Below, piece by piece: positions 1 to 8,325 of a stretch of DNA of 32,000 bases. Both the position numbers and the translations under genes were made by a program. The notes beneath the pieces are model-generated. The model was not told where the DNA came from, made no database searches, and worked only from the letters and a program-made list of their open reading frames with translations. Each line of letters opens with the position of its first letter. The first letter of the stretch is position 1. Source of the stretch: Verrucomicrobiota bacterium (lineage in GTDB: Bacteria > Verrucomicrobiota > Verrucomicrobiia > Opitutales > LL51); assembly GCA_021294815.2 (NCBI GenBank), contig CP095464.1, positions 420,001 to 452,000 of the forward strand. Direction: 5' to 3'.

Positions 1-1
1 A

Positions 2-136
2 GTCCAACGCAATTTTCTGGGTACAGGAGCACCGCAATTCCAGGAGTCCTCAACCGAAACTCGTGGGTCCATAAACCACGTTCTATCAAATTTGCGTGAG
101 GCGCGGGAAGCCGAGTCGGTGCCACCAGAGTTATAA
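2..136 (+). CDS. 3' end of an unidentified protein-coding gene (partial, starts left of the window)
   Basis: Frame 2 is open from the window edge to TAA at 134-136 (...NFLGTGAPQFQESSTETRGSINHVLSNLREAREAESVPPEL*). A stem-loop terminator follows 3 nt later. It is missing from the ORF track only because it has no in-window start. The family is not recognised, and a minus-strand open frame over the same bases cannot be excluded. Confidence 0.3.
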   Translation, partial: VQRNFLGTGAPQFQESSTETRGSINHVLSNLREAREAESVPPEL

Positions 137-139
137 CGG

Positions 140-163
140 GAGCGGTCCTAGACCGCTCTTTCT
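140..163 (+). terminator. Stem-loop terminator candidate at convergent gene ends
   Basis: GAGCGGTC-cta-GACCGCTC forms a perfect 8-bp stem and is followed by TTTCT. It lies just after the TAA at 134-136 and overlaps the ruvC stop codon on the other strand. The T-tail is short. Confidence 0.5.
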
Positions 164-701
164 AAGAAACAGGCGTCCCGATATTCCACAGACAACACAG
201 CGCGGCAGCGGCGGCATCGGTCTCGTCAAACCCGACTTCAAGCGAAGTTTTCAGAATCCCCTGCACCATCCGCGACACCTGTTCCTTCGAGGCCCGACCA
301 TACCCACACACGGCCTGCTTGATCCGCAGCGGCGCGTATTCATAGAGCGGCTTCTCTGCGAGCGCAACGGCTGACAAAATCGCTCCACGTGCAATTCCCA
401 TTATCTGCGCCGTTTGGAAGTTCTGGACATAAATTGTCTGCTCCGCCGCGCATACATCGGGCTGGTACTTATTAAGAATCTCCGCCACTCCTTTATGGAT
501 TTTCCCTGTACAGGACAGCAAATTCTCTTTTGCGGGGATTTTTAAGGTTTGGGAATAAACCAGTGCGATCCGGTGATCCTCAAAAACTTCTAAAACTGCC
601 AAACCAGTTCCCCGCAAGCTAGGATCAATACCTAAAATTCGCCCCTGAAATGCGTGGTTTTGTGTTTTTTCCCTCAGCGCCTGCTCCCAATCGGAGCTCA
701 C
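162..701 (-). CDS. ruvC: Crossover junction endodeoxyribonuclease RuvC
   Basis: The translation contains the RuvC N-terminal catalytic motif RILGIDPSLRGTGLAVLEV and the C-terminal ...ETDAAAAALC motif. The tracked ORF (162..806) begins at a TTG about 55 codons upstream of that motif, which is longer than usual for RuvC. I chose the in-frame GTG at 701 (TTG at 704 is also possible). The start is uncertain. Confidence 0.85.
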   Translation of the reverse strand: MSSDWEQALREKTQNHAFQGRILGIDPSLRGTGLAVLEVFEDHRIALVYSQTLKIPAKENLLSCTGKIHKGVAEILNKYQPDVCAAEQTIYVQNFQTAQIMGIARGAILSAVALAEKPLYEYAPLRIKQAVCGYGRASKEQVSRMVQGILKTSLEVGFDETDAAAAALCCLWNIGTPVS

Positions 702-880
702 CAACCGTCGCTTCGACGATCGTTTTATCGTGCGCACCGCGCCACCGGTACATAGCGCCCTTGTCCATAATCCCCTTCGACTCCGAGCACTACACACAGC
801 AACCAATAAAAAAACGCCCCTCCCTCAGGCAAGAAGGAAGGGGAAATTTATGGTTAGACAACCACTTTATCTATTAACGG

Positions 881-1837
881 TTACTGATCGATATCCCCGG
901 CAATTTCTTGCAAACGCCCAATCGAATCATTCAGATCCCACTTATTGCTGTCACTTTGAGTTTTTTCGAGTCCTTGTAATTTTTCAACAACCTCCTGAAT
1001 CCAGCTTTTGATCGCATGGTTACATGCTTTCTCGTCCTTCAAAAGCCCAGAAAGATCGAACCCAACCTGTGAACCATTTACCGTCAATGCCTCATCTGAA
1101 GCTAATATCGTACAAAAATTATCAACAACCCCGGTTAAGTGCTGCAGTTGTTTGCTGCTAGAGGCCTTCTTTATGGCAAAATTTATATCCTTGTACTTAT
1201 TGGGAAGCGAGCTAAACATCCCTTCGGTATCGAAAACTCGCCGCACACAATCTTTAAATGCCAGAAAGGATTCGAGAGAACTACATGAATCATGGACACC
1301 CTGATCCCGTAGACCCAAACGCATCAATAAAGAAACCAAAGTTGCGTCACAGGAGCGTACAGTCTCCGCAACCTTGGCTAGCCTATTTTTCCATTCCGTC
1401 GTGAGTTCCAGAATCTTTTCATTGCATTGCTCGAACTGACTCTGCAGTTTTGCCCGTTCTTCCGCGATTTCCTGTTGGTTTTGCTGGGCCTCATGTTCCC
1501 ACTGGTTTCGTTTTCTCTTGGCTACTAGGTAAAGCGATTTGGAGAATTTTAGCTTCCGACCTATGCGCGCCTTTTTGAATCCACCCGCCTGGAGGTGCTC
1601 ATTAACCAGAGTGCGCTTTTGGGCGTCGTCAATGCGATACTGGCTGGCCCATTGTTGAACCTTTTTAGTATTCTTGAGGAGTTTCTTTATCTCTTTCGCA
1701 TCCCAAGAATCGAAATTCTGATACTTACTGGCATATACCTCTAACGCCAGCAGCTTATTGAGCTCTTCATCGCTAATGGTATAGTTCCCAACAGGGATAT
1801 CGGAAGTTTCAATGTAATGATCAATGCTAATGTTCAT
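881..1837 (-). CDS. Coiled-coil family protein CC-1 (hypothetical, divergent N-terminus)
   Basis: 318-aa ORF whose ATG sits 6 nt after a -10 hexamer. It keeps the family box GRKLKFSKSLY and has a K/E/Q-rich heptad-like body. No signal peptide or TM segment. Confidence 0.8.
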   Translation of the reverse strand: MNISIDHYIETSDIPVGNYTISDEELNKLLALEVYASKYQNFDSWDAKEIKKLLKNTKKVQQWASQYRIDDAQKRTLVNEHLQAGGFKKARIGRKLKFSKSLYLVAKRKRNQWEHEAQQNQQEIAEERAKLQSQFEQCNEKILELTTEWKNRLAKVAETVRSCDATLVSLLMRLGLRDQGVHDSCSSLESFLAFKDCVRRVFDTEGMFSSLPNKYKDINFAIKKASSSKQLQHLTGVVDNFCTILASDEALTVNGSQVGFDLSGLLKDEKACNHAIKSWIQEVVEKLQGLEKTQSDSNKWDLNDSIGRLQEIAGDIDQ

Positions 1838-1843
1838 GGAGTA

Positions 1844-1871
1844 AGCATAACATTTTTACATATTTTGTAAA
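1844..1871 (-). promoter_or_regulatory. Sigma-70-type promoter predicting a leaderless CC-1 mRNA
   Basis: Minus strand reads TTTACA-16 nt-TATGCT-TACTCC-ATG. The -10 ends 6 nt before the start codon. Confidence 0.6.
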
Positions 1872-1966
1872 TAAATTATTTAAACTCTAGCGGCATTTAT
1901 TGATAAAATTTTCAACAACTTACATACAGAAATTGCTCTTGCTGGGGACTGCCAGGCCCCCAATAA

Positions 1967-2773
1967 TCACTTCTCCTGGGCTTCCTTTGCCTCCTTAATT
2001 GCCAAATCGAGAGCCTGCAATTTTGTCCTTAAGAGCATTTCTTCTGTATTTTTAGATGTATCTAATCCGCCCCAGTACTTCGACTGAACCTGCCCATCGG
2101 CGTCGTAAAACTCTTTAAACTGCTTCTCCACTTCCTGTTGAAGTTTTTGCACGTTATCGGCGTTGGATTGGACTGCCTCTTTAAAATTCTCGATAGACTC
2201 CTTCAATTTTGCACTCGCAATACCCGCTTTTACAAACTTTCCCGCCATCGCGGTGTAATATTTTTCAAACAATTGAGTAACTTCACCGTGGTGTGCTTCC
2301 AGCTCCCGCCTCTTTTGCCGGTCTTTTATGCCTTTGATGGCCTCGGAATAAGAGTCCAACTGAGACTTGAAGTCGCTCCGATTGGTCTCATAGGGCGCCT
2401 TGTAGGCATCTACTTTTTCCTGATAGGGACTGATCTTCGCCTGATACTCCTCAGCTTTTGCCCTGTATGGTGCCATTTTTTGCTCGAGATTCTGATATTC
2501 GATTTTCTGCTGGTGCTTTGTGCTCTTCGCCTTGTGATACTGCTGTGCAGAAAACTTCAGGGCCTTCTTTCCTTCGTCTACATCAAATCCCTGAATATTG
2601 GCGTATTTTATGATCTTGGCTTTGGTCGCCCTGTAGTCTTCCGAGTTCGTTAAGCTCCCCCAGACTTGCTTCACAAAGTTACCAAAAATTGTTCCACCCT
2701 GCCGCTCTGTGCGGAACTTCGCCGCTTCCCATGCAGTAATGCCGTAGCTAGATCCATTAATATCGATTTTCAT
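1967..2773 (-). CDS. Coiled-coil family protein CC-2 (hypothetical)
   Basis: N-terminus MKIDINGSSYGITAWEAAKF and box GKKALKFSAQQY match the paralogs. The rest is K/E/Q-rich coiled-coil-like sequence. Confidence 0.85.
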   Translation of the reverse strand: MKIDINGSSYGITAWEAAKFRTERQGGTIFGNFVKQVWGSLTNSEDYRATKAKIIKYANIQGFDVDEGKKALKFSAQQYHKAKSTKHQQKIEYQNLEQKMAPYRAKAEEYQAKISPYQEKVDAYKAPYETNRSDFKSQLDSYSEAIKGIKDRQKRRELEAHHGEVTQLFEKYYTAMAGKFVKAGIASAKLKESIENFKEAVQSNADNVQKLQQEVEKQFKEFYDADGQVQSKYWGGLDTSKNTEEMLLRTKLQALDLAIKEAKEAQEK

Positions 2774-2794
2774 AGTAAATTCCCCAATTGAAAG

Positions 2795-2823
2795 TGCATA
2801 GTCTCCGGAAACAATTATTGAAA
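2795..2823 (-). promoter_or_regulatory. Possible internal promoter for CC-2
   Basis: Minus strand reads TTTCAA-17 nt-TATGCA, then 21 nt containing GGGGA, then ATG. It is weaker than the family promoters and does not follow the leaderless geometry. Confidence 0.3.
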
Positions 2824-2833
2824 TTCCTGGACG

Positions 2834-4219
2834 CTAACCTACTTGATAACCAAAACAAAATCTCCCTTTGCTGCGCTCGAGAAAATCTCGGATTTTTTTA
2901 GCGACTTCAGGATTATCCTTGCTGATATTTTCTACCAAATCATCAAGACTCCTTTCCCTGGCGTTAAGGGATTTGCGGACGTCGTCAGTCGCTTTTTGCA
3001 ACCGGCTTGCGAGCCCACTAAATGCAGAATTATCATTATTTTTGGAAGGATCTCGCAAATGCGACTTCTCCTCGGGAATTGTCCCTTCAGAATCCACAAA
3101 CTCTTGAAACGCTATAAGGTTATTTTGCAGGTCAATTTTGCTATCGCTACCACCCTTGCCATTTAAAAAATTCTCAGCTTGCTTTATGTTTTCCTTGAGA
3201 TTGTCATATGGTTGCAGTTGCTCCTCCACCTGGAGGTAGAGTTGTTCTATTTTATTACGAATCCGGTTAATTTTTTGGATATGCGGATTACTGGCATCGT
3301 TTTTCCATTCTTTCGGAATATACGTTTGCATGGTATCGAGAAGTCTTTTCCTTCCATCACACATTGTTTTAATCTTCGAGCGACAGGTCTCTATACAGCC
3401 ACCGTAAGCTTTGCACTCTGTTTTAGCTCTTGGTAGCGTTGCTTGCAGCTCTTCCGCGCGCTTCTTAAAATCGTTGAGTGTATTTTGGAGGGCCGTAGCT
3501 TCATCGTCTAAATCTGTTATTATGCTATGATCTTCTTCAACGCCGAGTTTTTTGTCCATCGTGCTAATAATCCAGTTAAACCCTTTATTGATCGTGTCAT
3601 TTTCCTGTTTAAATTTGGATAATTCTTGATTCTTTAGCGCCATCGAGGCATCGACATTTTCTTGGAAAAAACGACAATTTTTGCGGACTGTTTCAATCGA
3701 AGTCATCTGTTCATCGAGTTTTTTCTGAATGGCGTCGCGCTGATCGATTATGCTTTTGAGCACAGTTATTCCTTGGGAATGAAGATTACTAATGGCGTCG
3801 TTAAGGGACTTAAGCTGATTGGAAAGTCTTGCACATGTCGCTTGGCGGCTCTCTGAGCGCTTATCGATTTCAACAACTGAGCCTCGAATTGCCTGCCAAG
3901 AAGAACGCATGGAATTGATCTCATTCCGCTCTTGCTGACGGTCCGTCCGAGCAGCGAGTAACTGATTTTTGACGAATTTTAATTTTCCCTTTTTGACTAC
4001 GAACGCGCCTCTCTTGACATAATCTTCCAAAAGGGGTTTCAGCCCTTCTTGATAGCCGGACTTATCGTTGATGATTTTTTTAGCGATTCCGCTCTGCCTG
4101 ACCGCGTCCAAGAAGCCCGCTTTTGACTTACCATCTATCATCGCCTTCTCCGAGGCCAGGAGCTTCGAAAGTTCCCACTGGCTGATGCGGCAGCTTGCTC
4201 CATTGATGTTGATGTCCAT
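2834..4219 (-). CDS. Coiled-coil family protein CC-3 (hypothetical)
   Basis: N-terminus MDININGASCRISQWELSKLL and box KGKLKFVKNQL. 461 aa, heptad-rich. It lies 40 nt downstream of CC-4 with no promoter-like hexamers, so it is probably co-transcribed. Confidence 0.85.
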   Translation of the reverse strand: MDININGASCRISQWELSKLLASEKAMIDGKSKAGFLDAVRQSGIAKKIINDKSGYQEGLKPLLEDYVKRGAFVVKKGKLKFVKNQLLAARTDRQQERNEINSMRSSWQAIRGSVVEIDKRSESRQATCARLSNQLKSLNDAISNLHSQGITVLKSIIDQRDAIQKKLDEQMTSIETVRKNCRFFQENVDASMALKNQELSKFKQENDTINKGFNWIISTMDKKLGVEEDHSIITDLDDEATALQNTLNDFKKRAEELQATLPRAKTECKAYGGCIETCRSKIKTMCDGRKRLLDTMQTYIPKEWKNDASNPHIQKINRIRNKIEQLYLQVEEQLQPYDNLKENIKQAENFLNGKGGSDSKIDLQNNLIAFQEFVDSEGTIPEEKSHLRDPSKNNDNSAFSGLASRLQKATDDVRKSLNARERSLDDLVENISKDNPEVAKKIRDFLERSKGRFCFGYQVG

Positions 4220-4259
4220 ATTAAAGTGAATCTGAAATTTGAATGTTTGTTCCGTCCCA

Positions 4260-5720
4260 TTAGGGATTCGTCTGGGCTGGCAATTTCTGTAGACCTTGCC
4301 ACATCTTGACGATCTCCCGCATGTCAGAATTCATTTTCGTGATAACCTCGTCAGGGATCTTGCGAAGACTCTGTTTTGCCGCGTCTTTTTCTTCTCGGAC
4401 CCGGTGATCGATTAATAGGAGAGTTGCATCTTCTCCATAACTTAAATCAAAATAACCCGAGTCTTCTTCATCCTCTGAATGATGATTTTCCTTCCAGTAA
4501 CACATGCATTTTCGAAACTCCTTAATCGTATTTTCCATCTCATCTTCAAGAGTCTTGATATTGCCACCTGCACCACGGATCTTTCGCTCCGAACACACAA
4601 TAGAATCTTTCGCAACATCAAACGAATGGAATTTTTCCACAAATCCGCTGAAAATTTTTTCGATATCCGCAAGGCCCTGGTTGATGGCCTGAAGTGATGG
4701 ATCTTTATCGGCAGAATTGAGATCTTGGCCTTGTATAAAAGATTTCATTGCCTCTAGATTCGCTTTTTCTTTGTCACACTTTGCCCGAAGCTTTTTTCGA
4801 GAGTCTTCGATCGCCTTGCCGTACTCGTCGAGTTCTTTTCGGTAGAGTTGAATTTCTTCCTTTACCTCAGGCTTCCATTGTGACTCCAGACTTGCCGTAA
4901 ACTCGTCGACCTGCGATTGTAAATCTTTCAGGGCCTTAGCACCTTCTGCGCCCAATTCTTTGTTGATCTGCGGGCCAAGTGGCTTAAGATATTCGTAGAT
5001 ATTATCGTCTACTTGCTGGTATTGTAACAAGTCTTTCTCTGTTAGTTCTGGCATTTCCAATGCGGCATTAACAGCGGGTTTAGCCATACGCAGGGCCTCA
5101 TCTGTTCGGCGAAGTTGTGTCTTCTTCGCCTCAAAATTCTTCAGAATGGTATCGAACTTCGTAGCGAGATCCCTTATTTCGTTTACTTCTTTCAAGCCAT
5201 TGAAACTCCCTCCTCGGTGCTGATCCGCTTTAGGCTTAAGTTGTCCAACAACATAATCCTTCGCCCCTTTGAGAAACTGTATTTTCAAGTCGAGTTCCTG
5301 ATACGCTTTCTGGCGTTGATCGAGCAGAGAGCGATATTCCTTAAAACCGCGCTGAACCCCTTGCCAATTGGCGATGTATTTATCCTTCCCGGGTTGCTCC
5401 TCCTGCTTTTTGAGGCGCTGCGTCTCTTCCTTGTATTGCGCCTCATCAATCTTCTGTTTCGCCCTCTTGAACTTTGTTTCGGAAAACTTGAACTTGTCCC
5501 CGTTGAAATCGAAACCGTCGTGGTTAATGTACTCACCCAGCTTTTTATAAAACGTCATTGCCTCTGCTGAATTCATTTGCATGCTCTTGATCTGGCGATA
5601 CTCATGGGCAACATTCCGAAAATTGACCTTCAGTCCCTTCTCCGCGACAGCGAATTTCGCCATCTCCCACTGCATTTGCCTGGTCTGAAAATTATTCCTG
5701 ATCTGCTCAACAACGCTCAT
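4260..5720 (-). CDS. Coiled-coil family protein CC-4 (hypothetical)
   Basis: N-terminus ...QTRQMQWEMAKFAV and box GDKFKFSETKF. 486 aa, K/E/Q-rich. The ATG lies 6 nt after the -10. Confidence 0.85.
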   Translation of the reverse strand: MSVVEQIRNNFQTRQMQWEMAKFAVAEKGLKVNFRNVAHEYRQIKSMQMNSAEAMTFYKKLGEYINHDGFDFNGDKFKFSETKFKRAKQKIDEAQYKEETQRLKKQEEQPGKDKYIANWQGVQRGFKEYRSLLDQRQKAYQELDLKIQFLKGAKDYVVGQLKPKADQHRGGSFNGLKEVNEIRDLATKFDTILKNFEAKKTQLRRTDEALRMAKPAVNAALEMPELTEKDLLQYQQVDDNIYEYLKPLGPQINKELGAEGAKALKDLQSQVDEFTASLESQWKPEVKEEIQLYRKELDEYGKAIEDSRKKLRAKCDKEKANLEAMKSFIQGQDLNSADKDPSLQAINQGLADIEKIFSGFVEKFHSFDVAKDSIVCSERKIRGAGGNIKTLEDEMENTIKEFRKCMCYWKENHHSEDEEDSGYFDLSYGEDATLLLIDHRVREEKDAAKQSLRKIPDEVITKMNSDMREIVKMWQGLQKLPAQTNP

Positions 5721-5726
5721 ATTGCG

Positions 5727-5754
5727 AGTATAGCATTATTGGTTAATTTGTAAA
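5727..5754 (-). promoter_or_regulatory. Sigma-70-type promoter predicting a leaderless CC-4 (CC-4/3/2 operon) mRNA
   Basis: Minus strand reads TTTACA-16 nt-TATACT-CGCAAT-ATG. It is preceded by the AT-rich TTAATATTTAT sequence shared with the promoter at 7115-7142; the promoter at 1844-1871 carries a variant (AAATAATTTAT). Confidence 0.65.
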
Positions 5755-5914
5755 TAAATATTAAATTACGTCATTCCATCCCTTCATTTTACAGCAGCTG
5801 CTCGCCAGAGGGCGGATCGGAGGATTTTTTTTGAAAACTCTCGGGTATTAATGGTTCTAAACCTAATTCCTCTGCGGAAGGCGGAAGCGGATAGTTGGAG
5901 GTCCCAAACGGTTC

Positions 5915-7108
5915 CTAAGAACTGAAGTCATATGGATCTAGTGGAATGAACCCTTCAAACGTATTCGCGTTGTCAGACGTGGTGGATTGCCATGAGGGAA
6001 TTTCACTGTCATACACAGGTTGCGCACTTTCTGCAACATCGAATGTCTGCTGATCATAGTTTTGTTCATCGGGCGACTCTGTCCCTTGGATATCTGGCAT
6101 TGAATTATCAACGTGTGCCTGCTGTGCTATTTCATTGGGGTTGAAAATTTCATTGGGGCTGAAAGATGGATCAAAGAAGAATTGGCCGTGTGGCATCCCG
6201 AACTCATCGAACGAATTCTCTGGCATAACAAAACCCTGATCGCCATATGGTGGAACCGCATTCACCTCATCGCTGACAAATGGAACCAATGGCGTGAAAT
6301 TATTCTCCCAGTCGTCCTCTTCTTGAGGAGAATGAGCGTACAACGATACAGCGTTTTGTACCTCAGCCTTATCCTCATAGGTCTTCAATTTTTGCTCAAG
6401 TTCCTCAATCCCACGTTCGATGGAGGAACAATCTTGCTGAACTTCCCAACTTCTATTACCAACTTTTTCCTCCAGATCCCTAATACTTTCGCGCTGTGTT
6501 TGAAGTTCTTCCATATTTCCCTGTACCAATACCTGCTTCCCTTCTTCGCATTTCTGTTGCAACTGACCTACTGATTGTTGCAATGCGCCAATTCTTGCTT
6601 GATGATAATCACTGTCTTGCGAAAGCCCGCGGTACGTATTCCAAAGCTCATAACGCTTACTGGAAAGTTCATGATGCTCTGTACTTCCCGTTTGCTCAAA
6701 AGGTTTTAACCTCGCATCAAGGGCTTCGAGTCGACTGCGAAAAGATTCAAGTTGCTCCGGATATTTATTGATATTACGGTTAATTATGCCGATTCTCTGT
6801 TCACAAAAATTCAAAGAATGCTGTAAATTCATTTTAGCATCCCGCAATTGTCGATAGGCTTCATCAGAAAACTGGAGTTTGGAAGCACCAAAAATATTTT
6901 TTGTTGTCACAAAGGCCTCTCTATTTTCGTTTAGCTGATCCTTGATGACATCACTCTTACCTCCCATTACCTTTATTGCAATATTAACAAGTTGTCCAAT
7001 CATAGCGAATGGGCCAACTTTTTCGCCTTGTTCAGCCTTTTGTGCAACAAACAACTTCGCCGCTTGTATCGCATTCGCCCGACCCCCTCCTTCGAGTGCA
7101 AACGTCAT
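5915..7108 (-). CDS. Coiled-coil family protein CC-5 (hypothetical) with acidic/aromatic C-terminal tail
   Basis: N-terminus MTFALEGGGRANAIQAAKLF, then GEKVGPFAMIGQL and GASKLQFSDEAY. The C-terminal tail carries DEQNYDQQTFDV..AQPVYD. It stops at TAG 5915-5917, but paralog-like sequence continues in frame to TAA at 5789-5791. Confidence 0.85.
   Translation of the reverse strand: MTFALEGGGRANAIQAAKLFVAQKAEQGEKVGPFAMIGQLVNIAIKVMGGKSDVIKDQLNENREAFVTTKNIFGASKLQFSDEAYRQLRDAKMNLQHSLNFCEQRIGIINRNINKYPEQLESFRSRLEALDARLKPFEQTGSTEHHELSSKRYELWNTYRGLSQDSDYHQARIGALQQSVGQLQQKCEEGKQVLVQGNMEELQTQRESIRDLEEKVGNRSWEVQQDCSSIERGIEELEQKLKTYEDKAEVQNAVSLYAHSPQEEDDWENNFTPLVPFVSDEVNAVPPYGDQGFVMPENSFDEFGMPHGQFFFDPSFSPNEIFNPNEIAQQAHVDNSMPDIQGTESPDEQNYDQQTFDVAESAQPVYDSEIPSWQSTTSDNANTFEGFIPLDPYDFSS
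6008..6073 (-). repeat. Conserved DNA segment encoding the shared C-terminal module (copy in CC-5)
   Basis: Aligned by eye to 7319-7384, about 56 of 66 nt are identical. It encodes ...DEQNYDQQTFDVAESAQPVYD. Confidence 0.7.
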
Positions 7109-7114
7109 ACATCC

Positions 7115-7142
7115 AGTGTAGTTTTATTGATTCATTTGTAAA
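7115..7142 (-). promoter_or_regulatory. Sigma-70-type promoter predicting a leaderless CC-5 mRNA
   Basis: Minus strand reads TTTACA-16 nt-TACACT-GGATGT-ATG. Confidence 0.6.
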
Positions 7143-7168
7143 TAAATATTAAATATTTAGAACTTAGG

Positions 7169-7894
7169 CTATTTAGAAGAAGGTGGAACCAACGGGGAAA
7201 GCGGCGTATCAGGTAAAGGCGGTAGCGGCGAAGGACCAAAGTCATCAGGGAACGACTCTGGATTCAACACCGATATATTACCTGTCACTGTAGGTTGTAA
7301 TTCCGGAAATGGCGATTCGTCGTACACAGGCTGCGCATCTTCTTCAACCTCGAATGTCTGTTGATCATAGTTTTGCTCGTCGGATAGAATGCTTTCCTTC
7401 GTATTTCCTGGTGCCACAGTGGGTTGCTGTTTCACGGAAGGTGGAATTTCCGAATTGTTTTGATTGTCGTATTCCCATTCTTCTTCGCTGAAGTCTTCTA
7501 AAAAGGGATCAAACGGATCATTTATGATATCATTGGGATCACCATTGAAAAGTGGATTCTCGTACTCCTCCCCCCAGTAATGTTCTTCATTGAAATTAGC
7601 CTCCTGAACTTCTCTCTCGGACTTCTCTGCCTCCAATTGGTCGTATTTGCTTTGTGAAAATTTAGGCTTCGATAGAAGAAACCTATCGCCTCCAACGAAA
7701 GCCGTCGCATACGTGTCCAATTCTTGCCGAGTCATACCGCCAGCGTTCTCTCCTTTAATCAGCTTTCTGGCATTCCCGAGCTGTTGATAAACGTCCCGAA
7801 ATCTAACCTTTTCTCCCGGTTGCGTTTGTTTAGTCGCTAACAATTTCGCCACCTGCCATGCACCCACATTTTTCCCATTAACTTTAAAATCCAC
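7169..7894 (-). CDS. Coiled-coil family protein CC-6 (hypothetical, short, acidic/Pro-rich tail)
   Basis: The tracked ORF starts at TTG 7915, but that would place the -10 hexamer inside the CDS. The GTG at 7894 gives (M)DFKVNGKNVGAWQVAKLL, which aligns with the paralog N-termini and sits exactly 6 nt after TATGCT. Box SKPKFSQSKY is present. The tail carries DEQNYDQQTFEVEEDAQPVYDE and ends PLPPLPDTPLSPLVPP. Confidence 0.8.
   Translation of the reverse strand: MDFKVNGKNVGAWQVAKLLATKQTQPGEKVRFRDVYQQLGNARKLIKGENAGGMTRQELDTYATAFVGGDRFLLSKPKFSQSKYDQLEAEKSEREVQEANFNEEHYWGEEYENPLFNGDPNDIINDPFDPFLEDFSEEEWEYDNQNNSEIPPSVKQQPTVAPGNTKESILSDEQNYDQQTFEVEEDAQPVYDESPFPELQPTVTGNISVLNPESFPDDFGPSPLPPLPDTPLSPLVPPSSK
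7319..7384 (-). repeat. Conserved DNA segment encoding the shared C-terminal module (copy in CC-6)
   Basis: See 6008-6073. This is the same module in the adjacent paralog. Confidence 0.7.
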
Positions 7895-7900
7895 GATTAA

Positions 7901-7928
7901 AGCATAACACCACAAGATAGTTTGTAAA
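7901..7928 (-). promoter_or_regulatory. Sigma-70-type promoter predicting a leaderless (GTG) CC-6 mRNA
   Basis: Minus strand reads TTTACA-16 nt-TATGCT-TTAATC-GTG. The -35 is the 3' end of a T7 tract preceded by CCTGTAAGGCG. Confidence 0.55.
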
Positions 7929-7932
7929 AAAA
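7926..7932 (-). repeat. Homopolymer tract (T7 on coding strand) fused to the -35
   Basis: The plus strand shows A7 between tgt and cgcc. This is the shortest of the four tracts at equivalent positions. Confidence 0.9.
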
Positions 7933-8325
7933 CGCCTTACAGGAAATTTTTACGTTTCTTCAGGGAAATTCAGCACTAAAGTGGTCAACATAGAATGGGC
8001 TCGCGCTCACTCAAATAAAAATAGGTCGAATGCTTACAGGCGATTTTGAGACTGAAAAACGAGTTAAAGAAACTCATTCTCTGCCATTCCCCTGTAGGTT
8101 TTATGGAGATTATCTTAGATCATTTTTTACAAAAGGCACCCTAGGCCTTCGCGCTATCATTTTTCAAGTTGACTTTTTTATAAGTGGAAAATTTCCATTA
8201 ACTGGAATTTTTCCATCTCGTCAAACTAATAGCTCAAGAGCCTGTCTACCAACTGACTCCGAAGCATAAAGTTCTTGGGTTCTAGTTATTTAGAGTTTTC
8301 ATGAGCGGGCAGAGTTTTAGGAGCC

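Noticed and set aside
2138-6574. Plus-strand ORFs inside the coiled-coil genes (2138..2653, 2843..3166, 5115..5570, 6113..6574, 10477..10839 and others).
   Set aside because: They are mirror-frame artefacts of K/E/Q-rich genes, with L/F/I-rich nonsense translations. They have no promoter or start context, and the minus-strand frames carry the family motifs.
8030-8269. 79-aa plus-strand ORF in the CC-6/CC-7 intergenic region, together with nearby GGAAA-N-TTTCC-like half-palindromes (e.g. tggaaaatttcca, 8190-8225).
   Set aside because: The ORF has no start context, and its composition and translation are unconvincing. The half-palindromes are short, A/T-rich and not repeated consistently upstream of other family genes, so I could not separate them from chance.
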